Below, piece after piece: positions 42,600 to 52,300 of a stretch of DNA of 64,000 nucleotides; the first letter of the stretch is position 1, and each line of letters starts with the position of its first letter. The DNA is taken from positions 13,243 through 77,242 of the forward strand of contig PBTH01000005.1 of NCBI GenBank assembly GCA_002726495.1, written 5' to 3'. This stretch comes from Methanobacteriota archaeon. GTDB lineage: Archaea; Thermoplasmatota; Poseidoniia; Poseidoniales; Poseidoniaceae. Both the position numbers and the translations under genes were made by a program. The notes beneath the pieces were generated by a model, which saw only the letters and a program-made list of their open reading frames with translations, was not told where the DNA came from and did not search any database.

Positions 42600-44594
42600 A
42601 TGGAGACAATTTTTATTACTGGAACAATTCTTATCGCCACCCTTTATTTCCTCTCTCAATCCCTTGCACGAGGTATTGGCGATATGGGCGGCGCTCTTCG
42701 CCAAATCGGACTGTTTATTCTCAAGAAGAATCCACCGGGTCTTGTTGATATTTTTGATGACAAAGATGGAAGTGGCTCCCGAACTTGGATGAATTTCGGT
42801 ATGCTCTGGCTCGTGTTTGCAGGGATCCTTGGTTTCCTAAGTGCTTGGCACAATTACGATCCAACCGCTCTTGATTCCCTTGCAAGCATTGGTTGGTCTT
42901 ACGATGATGGCTCCTCTCTTCGAGAAGCGACCATGACTGTACTTGGACTTGCTCTTATCTACGGATTGGTGGGCGGCGGCCTTGTGGCTGCTTCTCGTAA
43001 CGGTGATGGCCGACTTGCGAGTGAAGGTAACGCATCCATGGTAGCCTTGCTTCTGACCGTTGTTTTCATCCTAAGTGCTCTCCTACCATTCATTTTCGGC
43101 TTTGCGAATATCGATACCGACTCCACTGTCATCTCCACACTCTTGATGAGTTTGGAAACATTGGCCGTTGGATTGCTCCTCGTCCCTGTACTCATCAACG
43201 TCTTGCTGACCGTGTCCACACGCGGCGAGCAGGACCTCTCAACAAGCTCATGGTTCCTCATCATGGCACTCGTCGCTAAAATCATCTCAATGGTTTACAT
43301 TTTCTTTGGAGAACTTGCCTCGGATACACAAACAGTATGGCTTGGAGAGCGTGTTTCAAACGGATGGGTTCCACTCGCTTTGATGTTCTCAGTTGGATAT
43401 TATACCGTGCCGATGGTTTCCAAGCAACCGATTTGGTCGGGCTCCATGAGGTCGGCAAGCATGTTGTTGTTGTTCGTAACACTGCCACCGTTCTTCATGA
43501 CCTCTGCCGAGGGAACCAATGCACTGGTTAACCTCGGAGCCATCCTTCTTACCCTGGGGATGCTCCCCATCTTTGCGGCTTCGATTAACATCATGATGAC
43601 CGCAAATGGCGGGCTTGATTCAGTTGTCAAAAACCCAGGAGCTATGGCAGGATTGTTCGCCTTCATCATGCTCCCCTTCTTTGCGATTGGTGGCTATTTC
43701 ACATCAATGGATATTTTCGTAGGAACCGGCGATTTGGGGGCTATGGCTCACACCGTAAACATGGGGATGATGTTTACCGTTGGAGGATTGCTTATCCTCT
43801 CGGCAGTGTTCACAAATTACCCGATGGCCATCAGTAAACCACTGGCTGCTCCATCAACGGCCAACCTTGCTGTTTGGATGGTTCTTGTTGGCGGCGTCAC
43901 CTCAACCGTGACCTTCTTGGTTGGAGATTTCACAACCAATGCCATTACAAATTCCGGAATTGAAGATGCAATAGTGCCTTCGGGAGGATTTTTCCTTACT
44001 GGGGCAGCCATCTTCTATCTTCTTGGAATCGGAACCATTCTTGCGACACTTGTTCTGATTCGTACGGGCATTGCCCCATCTGGACGTTCAGTCGTTACTG
44101 AAACCGTTTCAGATGTTAGCACCTACACGCTTGTTGCAGGGTCTTCTACCACCATTCGCACCCTCATCGGACGCGGGGTCGGCGTCGATACAGAATTGGT
44201 TGCCAGCCAAAGTGAAGAGCAGGAAGGAGGTACGACCATCATCGCTGTTGAATCGTCACTTCACAACGATGAGATTACAGAATTCCCCCCTCAACCTCCT
44301 ACTGAAGCAATGATTCAATTGGTCCAGTACCTCACCGATAGCGGACAATCGGTTTTTGACCTCTTCCGCTCCATGGACCTGGATGCATCAGGGAAGGTAG
44401 ACAGTGAGGAATTCCTTGCTGCACTAAGCTCCACAGAAATCGCCGCTCTCACTTCGGTAGAAGCAGATGAACTGATGGAAAGTATGGACCTTGATGGAGA
44501 CGGTGAATTGAACCTTCCAGAACTTGATATCGCCATCGCTCAAATCAAGCGAGACTACGACATTGTACCAGCGGCTGGCTCTGAGGAAGAATGA
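42600..44594 (+). CDS. polytopic membrane protein (12 or more helices) with a C-terminal EF-hand pair
   Basis: Hydrophobic helices fill the first 480 aa or so. The C-terminal soluble domain has two canonical 12-residue Ca-binding loops, DLDASGKVDSEE (44376-44411) and DLDGDGELNLPE (44487-44522). Confidence 0.7.
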   Translation: METIFITGTILIATLYFLSQSLARGIGDMGGALRQIGLFILKKNPPGLVDIFDDKDGSGSRTWMNFGMLWLVFAGILGFLSAWHNYDPTALDSLASIGWSYDDGSSLREATMTVLGLALIYGLVGGGLVAASRNGDGRLASEGNASMVALLLTVVFILSALLPFIFGFANIDTDSTVISTLLMSLETLAVGLLLVPVLINVLLTVSTRGEQDLSTSSWFLIMALVAKIISMVYIFFGELASDTQTVWLGERVSNGWVPLALMFSVGYYTVPMVSKQPIWSGSMRSASMLLLFVTLPPFFMTSAEGTNALVNLGAILLTLGMLPIFAASINIMMTANGGLDSVVKNPGAMAGLFAFIMLPFFAIGGYFTSMDIFVGTGDLGAMAHTVNMGMMFTVGGLLILSAVFTNYPMAISKPLAAPSTANLAVWMVLVGGVTSTVTFLVGDFTTNAITNSGIEDAIVPSGGFFLTGAAIFYLLGIGTILATLVLIRTGIAPSGRSVVTETVSDVSTYTLVAGSSTTIRTLIGRGVGVDTELVASQSEEQEGGTTIIAVESSLHNDEITEFPPQPPTEAMIQLVQYLTDSGQSVFDLFRSMDLDASGKVDSEEFLAALSSTEIAALTSVEADELMESMDLDGDGELNLPELDIAIAQIKRDYDIVPAAGSEEE

Positions 44595-44609
44595 GGGCCG
44601 TTTTCGGGC

Positions 44610-45899
44610 GTGACAACATTGCGCATCGGGCTCGTTGGCAAACCCAATGTTGGTAAATCCACATTTTTCAGTGCCGCAACGCTTGCTCAAGTTGATATTG
44701 CGAACTATCCCTTTTGTACCATTGATCCAAACATTGGGGTTGCTTTCGTAGAAGCACGCCTCGCTTGCCCATGTAAGGAATTACGAGCGAAATTAGAGCA
44801 TGAGGGTCGCCTTGAGCCAACTTCACCAGACGACCCGCGACAGGGAAGTCTTTGTCAGCCACGCACGGGTTCGTGTGTGGCGCACCGTCGTTTTGTACCC
44901 GTTGCTATGGTCGATGTGGCGGGATTGGTTCCAGGCGCAAGTGAAGGGCGGGGGCGAGGCAACGCCTTCCTTTCCGATCTCGCAAATTCAGATGTATTGA
45001 TTCAGGTTGTTGATGCTGCAGGAACAACCGATTTGGAAGGTCAATTTCTGGGAAATGCTTCCTCAAAAGAAGACGCACTTGCCTCGATGAAAGATGAAAT
45101 CGCATTCTTGGAAGATGAGCTTGATGCATGGATTGCTGGTATTCTTCATGATGGATGGGTTCGTGGAGTACGCCGTGTTCAAGCAGAAGGGGAAAAAGGA
45201 TTGGTTTCGTTCATTCAAGAACGATTGAGTGGCTTAGGAGCAACGCATCAACTTGTACAGCAGTCCATGTTGCAATTCAATCAAGAACAACAACCTGAAG
45301 GGCAACCTTGGGATTGGGACATCAACATCCTCAACACGCTCGCCTCCACTCTGCGCCGAGGATTGTTCCCTGTCGCATACGCTGCAAACAAGTGGGACAT
45401 TGCTCCAAGCGGAGTGATCGATGAACTCTCATTGTACTCAATTGAACCCTGTATGGCTGATGTTGAATTGGCCTTGCGCAGAGCGGCCAATGCTGACATC
45501 ATTTCCTATCACCCCGGCGAATCCACATTTTCAATTAACGATGCTGCCAAATTGAATGAGGCCCAAACCAAAGCACTCACTCACATGCTTGAGCGAATTA
45601 AATCGGCCAATGGTACGGGTGTAGCTCGGTTGCTTGACCGAGTCTTGTTCGATATGTTGGAGCGTATTGTCGTCTACCCAGTACAGGACGAAACACATTG
45701 GGTTGACGGAGAGGGAAAAGTTCTCCCCGACGCTTTTGTTGTTGCCTCAGGCATCCAAGCAAAGGCCTTGGCATATCATGTGCACAGTGATTTGGGAGAT
45801 GGTTTCATTCGCGGCGTGGATGGAAAGACCCGTAGAGTTGTCGGGGCTGACCATGAGCTGGCTGACGGTGACGTTCTCAAAATCCACGCCAAATCGTGA
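44610..45899 (+). CDS. OBG/YchF-class P-loop GTPase with C-terminal TGS-like domain
   Basis: GTG start. G1 IGLVGKPNVGKST, YPFCTIDPNIG (G2 region), G3 VDVAGLVPGASEG, a NKWD-type G4 (AANKWD), and the C-terminal LADGDVLKIHAK. Confidence 0.8.
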   Translation: MTTLRIGLVGKPNVGKSTFFSAATLAQVDIANYPFCTIDPNIGVAFVEARLACPCKELRAKLEHEGRLEPTSPDDPRQGSLCQPRTGSCVAHRRFVPVAMVDVAGLVPGASEGRGRGNAFLSDLANSDVLIQVVDAAGTTDLEGQFLGNASSKEDALASMKDEIAFLEDELDAWIAGILHDGWVRGVRRVQAEGEKGLVSFIQERLSGLGATHQLVQQSMLQFNQEQQPEGQPWDWDINILNTLASTLRRGLFPVAYAANKWDIAPSGVIDELSLYSIEPCMADVELALRRAANADIISYHPGESTFSINDAAKLNEAQTKALTHMLERIKSANGTGVARLLDRVLFDMLERIVVYPVQDETHWVDGEGKVLPDAFVVASGIQAKALAYHVHSDLGDGFIRGVDGKTRRVVGADHELADGDVLKIHAKS

Positions 45900-45900
45900 A

Positions 45901-46287
45901 TCAATGGCCTTCAGGACGGTCGTATTCAGGGGTCAACCGTGCCATATCTGCCGAGTATTGACCGCCACGGTAGATGAAAATCACCGGTGCTAGAAGTGTA
46001 AGTACAATCAACAGGCCAAGGAAGAAGAGGCCCCAAGGTTTGACATCAGAAAGTGCGAACCCCCAAAGAGCCCACAGGAATGGAATGTAGAGAAAGATAC
46101 TGTATCGTCGTGCTATGGTAGAAAAACGGGCATTCAAAATTTCTTTGTTGAAGAGGATCGGCACTTCCTCCTTAGTAACCAATCCCTGCTCCAATCCACA
46201 ACGAGCACAGACTTGGGTTCGTGGCCCATTTCCATGAATGAAAAATTCACGGGGGTAGGTGCTTCCACAGAGTCGGCATGTTGGCAT
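45901..46287 (-). CDS. small protein with an N-terminal zinc ribbon and two TM helices
   Basis: CRLCGS...CARCG Cys pairs at the N-terminus, followed by YSIFLYIPFLWALWGFAL and LFFLGLLIVLTLLAPVIFIY. Confidence 0.5.
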   Translation of the reverse strand: MPTCRLCGSTYPREFFIHGNGPRTQVCARCGLEQGLVTKEEVPILFNKEILNARFSTIARRYSIFLYIPFLWALWGFALSDVKPWGLFFLGLLIVLTLLAPVIFIYRGGQYSADMARLTPEYDRPEGH

Positions 46288-46323
46288 GGTGTTCCCTCAT
46301 GTTGTCCAATGTCAAGGGATTCT

Positions 46324-48564
46324 TCAACCATCCGATGAAATCCGAAGGAATTCTTGGATGAGTGTACTTCCTTCGGGTGAACCGATTGATTCGGGATGGA
46401 ATTGGGTTCCGTGGATTGGATAAGACGGATGTTCAAGCCCCATCACCAAGGATGAATCGACTTCTCGAGCGTTGACAACGAGTGCATGGTCCGAAAGTTC
46501 GTTCACAATCAGAGAATTGTATCGCGTGTATGTTCCAGGGGACTGCGAACCACGGAAGACGCCTGTATTTTCATGTTCAATACGAACCGGAACGCCATGA
46601 ACTGGGCCATGAGGGGAAGGAATCACTTCCATGCCATCGGCAAGTGCCAGTGCTTGATGGCCCAAACAAACTCCTAGAACCGGTACAGCAAGTTGTCCTG
46701 CCAGTGCATGGTGGGCAAACGCCATTGTCAACGGGACGTCCTCGGGAGTGCCCGGGCCAGGTCCAAGAACGATGTGTGTTGGTTGAAGCCTGTCCATGAG
46801 GTCAAACAGCGCAGATGGGTCGGCCAACAGATCTGCCTTTTTCCCTCGCCCAGAAAGAACGGTAACGTCATGCCCACATTGAGCAATTACATCAGCAACA
46901 TTGAGGGAAAATGAGTCCAAGTTGTCGACGAAGAGAACCCCACACGCGCTTCCTGTTTCGATGCATTGTTGAAGAGTTTGTATCGTGGCCCCTCTCGAAG
47001 AAACAGGCATCTGCTCCCGATGGGCAATCGGATGAATTTCAAGTTCGCCGCGTGGGACATTACCCTCATTATCCTCCATCCATCCAGTGGCGATTCGGAG
47101 TGCAGCACCTTTCCAAGCGGCTTCAGAAACTTCCTTTTTTGCATTTGAGGCGATGGTTATGCCACCTCCCGCCCCAATACTCCCTCTCCAGCCTGTTGAG
47201 GTTTTGTGAGCCTCGAGAGTTCGTATCAAGATGTTCCAAGAAGACGCACCACTGTGGACATCAACCCAACCGGCCGAACCTGTCCAAAACGAACGTGGAT
47301 ACTGCTCCAATTCATCGATGACGGCACATACCATCGTTCGTGGGCAACCTGTGATGGACCCGCCAGGGAACATGGATTGAAATGCGGTTTTCCCATTCTG
47401 TTCGGGGCGGAATTGGCCGGTAATGTGGCTAACGAGGTGCTGGACATTGGAGTACACTTCAACATCAAATCGACTGATTCCCACCGAGCCTACCTTGCAG
47501 ACCGCCGAGAGGTCGTTTCGCATGAGGTCGGCCAACATTCGGTGCTCCGCCCGTTCTTTTTCGTCGTTGATCATTGCATTTCTTAGGTCGGCGGCTTCCT
47601 CAGGGGACGTCCCTTGCAAGCATGTTCCTTTGATTGGCGAAGACCGTATGGTGTTTTCATCACAATCGAGTAAGGATTCAGGTGACGAACTTGCGATGGC
47701 AAACCCGAGGTCTGTAGCTTCGAGATAAACTGCATATGGTGATGGGTTGATCTGGGTTAAATGCTTGAAGACCTCAAACGGATGGCCAATCGGTCCCTTC
47801 CAATGTTTTCCAACATTCACCTGGTACACCTGTCCTGCAACAATCCCTTCTTTTACGCGTTCAATGTTGGCTATGTGCGCCTCATCGGAGTGAGTTGTAG
47901 ATTCATCCATTCTTGGAGGGTCGTAAGGTCTTAGATCCATTGCTGGAGCGAGCAACGCATCTTTTGCGAGATTGGACCAAGAGGAATCAACGCCAAAGAT
48001 ACGGAGTTCGTCACTGCTTCGTTCGTGCAAAACACCGCCTTCGACCAGCCACATGATGCTCAATAGCGCTCCATCTTTTGGGGGGTGTTGTAGCAGAAGT
48101 GGTTGTGTCCACTGCATCATATCGTACGCCATTGCTCCGGACCAAAACGGCCTTTTTGGCATGCCTTCGCAGGCAGGTAGGGAGAATTCTTCAACAGGGG
48201 TAATCGTTTGCAATTTATCCAGTAGGTCTTCCACATCAGATGCGATGAGGGTTACGCTGTGGTACCAACTTCCGTGTTTCCATTCTTCAACTTCTGCTCT
48301 CAAGTCACATTTATTTTCAATCAAGGCAAGGTCGCCTGAAATTGGTGAATGAGGCGAAGCGGCCGGCATCGCTTCCCGAGAAGGTTGCCGAACCACTGCG
48401 CGCATTTTGGAGGGCGCAGCCAACATGGACCATTTTGCAAGGTGCGACTCAGGACCGCCTGAAATCAACATTATTCGGTCTGGCGAACCGTGTCGAAATG
48501 CCGTATTGCCGATTAAATCCTGATGGCTTAATCGGGTAGAAATCTCGGTTAGATTCACCGACAT
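46324..48564 (-). CDS. pabB: aminodeoxychorismate synthase, fused component I (N-terminal) and glutamine amidotransferase (C-terminal)
   Basis: Chorismate-binding domain: NPSPYAVYLE, SSSPESLL, SSPIKGT (Lys as in PabB, where TrpE has Ala), EHRMLADLMRNDL and FPGGSITGCPR. GATase-1 domain: GVLFVDNLDSFS, GVCLGHQALA and HGTQFHPES. ATG 48564 is chosen to avoid overlapping the upstream gene. Confidence 0.8.
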   Translation of the reverse strand: MSVNLTEISTRLSHQDLIGNTAFRHGSPDRIMLISGGPESHLAKWSMLAAPSKMRAVVRQPSREAMPAASPHSPISGDLALIENKCDLRAEVEEWKHGSWYHSVTLIASDVEDLLDKLQTITPVEEFSLPACEGMPKRPFWSGAMAYDMMQWTQPLLLQHPPKDGALLSIMWLVEGGVLHERSSDELRIFGVDSSWSNLAKDALLAPAMDLRPYDPPRMDESTTHSDEAHIANIERVKEGIVAGQVYQVNVGKHWKGPIGHPFEVFKHLTQINPSPYAVYLEATDLGFAIASSSPESLLDCDENTIRSSPIKGTCLQGTSPEEAADLRNAMINDEKERAEHRMLADLMRNDLSAVCKVGSVGISRFDVEVYSNVQHLVSHITGQFRPEQNGKTAFQSMFPGGSITGCPRTMVCAVIDELEQYPRSFWTGSAGWVDVHSGASSWNILIRTLEAHKTSTGWRGSIGAGGGITIASNAKKEVSEAAWKGAALRIATGWMEDNEGNVPRGELEIHPIAHREQMPVSSRGATIQTLQQCIETGSACGVLFVDNLDSFSLNVADVIAQCGHDVTVLSGRGKKADLLADPSALFDLMDRLQPTHIVLGPGPGTPEDVPLTMAFAHHALAGQLAVPVLGVCLGHQALALADGMEVIPSPHGPVHGVPVRIEHENTGVFRGSQSPGTYTRYNSLIVNELSDHALVVNAREVDSSLVMGLEHPSYPIHGTQFHPESIGSPEGSTLIQEFLRISSDG

Positions 48565-48577
48565 GCTATCGCCCCAT

Positions 48578-49300
48578 CTAGGACCAGGTGGCCTCTTGGG
48601 TAAAATGTTGGTTGATAATTTTTTGACATCGTTTGGATAAGACAGTGGTTTCACCGATGGTTTCACCATCAATTGAGGCGATTCTGCACACCCCAAGGCC
48701 CGAACCAACCACGAGCAATTCATGGCAGCGGGCAACAAGCCGTTCGTTCAATCTCCCTCTAACAACAGGCAGTCCAGCATCGGGTAGTTGAGCCTCTAAA
48801 ATCGACGCAGTGATCCCATCAACCCCCCCATCTTCCTGTGTTGGCAGCCACACCGTACCGTCTTCATCAAGCAATATTGGTGTGCCGCGGTCGCTGTCGA
48901 TAAGGGCATGTTCGTGAACAAAAAGAGCGACGTCACAACCAGCCTTTTCCGCCATGATTCGAGCATCCGTGTAAGGCGCCCAATCACCATGCTTGCATCC
49001 GTTGGTTTTCGTATTCCAACGAGGCGCAACGATTGATATTGCATCCACCTCTTCATTACGTATGCCAAACGGACGGTGTTGCACGCCCCATCCTGAAGCG
49101 CTTGAATAGGAAATACGCACGAGTTGGTCGTCCTCTTCAGCAGCTCTTACTTCTGGGAACGATTCAGGAAGCGATATTCGCAGGCGTTTTGCGTGGGCCT
49201 TCATGCGTTCAAGATGAGCGGGGCGGTCGGCTATTTGTCCACTGCTGTTGACAATAGCTGTCGTGAATACCTCATCGCGAGGACCCGTAATCTGAGTCAT
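48578..49300 (-). CDS. pabC: class IV aminotransferase-fold protein, probably aminodeoxychorismate lyase
   Basis: About 240 aa, with GVDGITASILE and LVVGSGLGVCRIASIDGE resembling the fold-type IV C-terminal region. It lies 13 nt upstream of the pabB-pabA fusion on the same strand. I did not locate the catalytic Lys with confidence. Confidence 0.5.
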   Translation of the reverse strand: MTQITGPRDEVFTTAIVNSSGQIADRPAHLERMKAHAKRLRISLPESFPEVRAAEEDDQLVRISYSSASGWGVQHRPFGIRNEEVDAISIVAPRWNTKTNGCKHGDWAPYTDARIMAEKAGCDVALFVHEHALIDSDRGTPILLDEDGTVWLPTQEDGGVDGITASILEAQLPDAGLPVVRGRLNERLVARCHELLVVGSGLGVCRIASIDGETIGETTVLSKRCQKIINQHFTQEATWS

Positions 49301-49309
49301 GCATTCTCC

Positions 49310-52300
49310 TCACAGCAGGTCATCAAGGAACGATGTATCAATTTGCGGAGAAGGAGGCGCGCTTGACTCACCAAGCAATGCATCAAATGTATCACTGGAA
49401 ACTTGTTGCGGACGCAACACCGGTTGCGGTGCCTGGTATACCTCTCTTCCATAATTGCCGGTTTGGATTTGTTCTGCAGCGGCATAGATGTCAGTTGCTT
49501 GTTGTTGTGAGACACCTTGAGGAGGCGCTGGAGGCGCTTCTGCCGGCGTACTTCCCCAGCCTTGGTCTTGAATGCCCCACGTGGCTTCTTGCAGCTCCCA
49601 ATTCTTTGAGCGACGGTTGCTGTTTCCTCTCGAGCGAACAACGAGTACAAGCAAGAGAAGTACGATGATGAGCATTCCCGCTGCAATCAAGTTGGGTCCA
49701 GTGAGGAGGGATTCAAGTGATAATTGACCCGCATCTTCTCCTCCATCATCGGTTGTCCCGTCCTTGCCGAAGGCATTGAGTTTGAACGCAGAGACCGTTT
49801 CCTTACTCACACTTTCATCGTAAGGTGTGACTGCTACATACCACGCAGTGCTGTTGTCGAGTTCCTCGAAGAGTTTTGGAGTAATCAAGAAGGAGTTGGA
49901 AGCCTTGACATCTCCAATCATTGTAGCATCAGCGATGTCCTCAAACGATTCGTCAGAAATGTAGACTTGGTAGCCACGTACTTGCGCATCGGTGGAGTGT
50001 TCCCATTCTACCAATATGCTGGTTTCTTCGTTCCATGAGGCGGTGATTCCTTCGATATCGGGCAGATAACTGCCCAAATCAGTAACTCCATCATCAATTG
50101 ACTGCCCCTTAATCACCACGAGGTTGGTGGTGTGTGCATTGCCTGAAGTATCGACTGCTACTACAGCGACCCATATGTCTTGACCAGCAATGACTGGGGT
50201 ATCGCCTTCTACCACCTCAATGGTGAGTGGAAGTGTAGGGTTGCGTCCTAATTTAGCAATGCTTGAGAGTGCTTGCCCATTTTGACTGGTTCCATCAAAT
50301 TCAAAGGTCGCTGCGTAGACATCGTAGTGTGCAATATCATCCGCTGTTGACAATTCAAAGTCCAAGAGAACTGCGCTTCCATCGTCGTTTGGCCGGTCGG
50401 TTAATTCGATATCATTCAAGCGGTCAGGTGGCGTGTTGTCGTTGACGTTATCGATTGGAGTCACCGTGGCTTGTGTTAGGTCAGTGAGGTGAACGTTCCC
50501 TTTCAAATCATGAACGGTTACTGCAACATAGAGTTCAATTCCAGGTTGTATCAGTTGAGGCGTTGAGGAAGAGAGGCCCGTTGTCTCGCCGTTGGTTCCG
50601 TACAAGGCGGTTGAAATAGTGAGTTCAATCGGGTTGGTTCTTTCATCGATCCATTGCTTGTTGAAGGTGAAGCAACCGCAGACATCAGGGTTTGTTCCAA
50701 AAGTAGCGTATGCAATGGCCAAGTCACTAACAGGTTGATCTGCAACCCATACGGTGTATGAGGCAAAGTCGTCCGCACCAGACGGCGTCCAAACAACATC
50801 TATCGCTGTTCCGTCATCGTTTGCGTGGTCGAAGGCCAAGAGGGATGTGATTCGCTCTGGAGCAGTTCCTGAACCGATGATGTTCTGGAAGGGAGTGACG
50901 GTGACAAGTCGAACCTCATCGATGTTTCCGTTCAGCCACACATCGTAGGCAACGACACCTACGGAATAGATTTGGCCGTCAATAAGCGGTACGCCGTCCA
51001 ACGATGTGATGGTTGCTTCGGTGTCTTCACAGGAATTGATGACAGCTGCTTGGGAAAAACCATTAACGGTTCCGATAGAAACCGACTCCTCTGCACTGTT
51101 CCCGCCTTGCTTCATGAAGACGGTGTAGAACGCGCAATCCTCAGCCAAACTTTGGTTCCAATACACCGAGACACGCCCTCCTTCATCATCAGGTATGTCG
51201 GCGGCTCCAGTTCCTTCAATTGGATCTGGGGCTTGGTTATCGTTGAGTTCGCCGGTCGGAACGACCGGGCCAACGATGGTGACATCGGAGAGATTTTCCT
51301 GTCCGGCTTCATCAACACACGTGAATCCAAGCCACACTGGTAGACCCGGCGTGAGTGAAATAATGCTTTGATTTCCATTGTTCGGAAGGTAGGATTCTTT
51401 GGGTGATAGACCCAAGGCATCGGTCATGATGGAGGTTGAAACATAGACATTGGTTTGCGCAAGGTCAATTGCAGTACATCGTGCCCATTCAAGTTCAAGG
51501 TCACCGTCTTCTCCGTTGCTTCCCATGGCACTCGCGGTTGCCCAAAGGGGCGCACTTGGCACTTCATCAGAAGGTGAGGCTGGGCCAAATGGTGCTGATA
51601 CTTCGCCCCATCGACCATCCGTGTATTCTACAACGACGACTGCGTAGTAGTCGGCCCCGTCTATGAGAGGCTGGCCGTTGGCAGTTTCAATGTCGGCACT
51701 GAGGCGACTGTGTAGAGAAACGGTTTTGTCAGGTGTTTGCCCCATCAATGCCAGTTCGTCTGGAAGGGTTGACCAAGGTCCCTCATTAAGGAACACCAGG
51801 TACCGAGCAAAGTCTTCATCGTGAACCAAAGACCAAGACGCAGTCAATGTGCTTCCACCGTCATCTGGACGGTCTTCAAGACCTTCCATGTCAACAGGGG
51901 TGTCTGTGCGAATGTAATCGTAGGTAATTCTTGCTTCCATAGAACCGTTTGAGGGAGAGTACAGACGAAGTTGGACATGGCGAGTGTTGTCGTAGAGCAG
52001 ACCATTGTCAACAGCCATTTGAAGCGTTGAGCCCAGATTTGGGTCTTGACTGATATCGAGCGTAGCATCGTATTTGAGAGAAACCGATTTCGCCCATATT
52101 GCCGCTCCATTTGCGGGGGAAGTGAATACCAAAGGCACCGTTTGGAACAGCAGTCCGTGAGCACCCGCAGTCCCCTGTGTTCCATCGAGAGCGTAAGGGC
52201 CAGTTGGATCGACCAGCGTTATGTCCACGCCAGGATGGGTCATCGTTGTAATGTTCGTTCCTCCGCTGTTTGTGAGGGCTCGAACAGTCAATGGGTGTGC

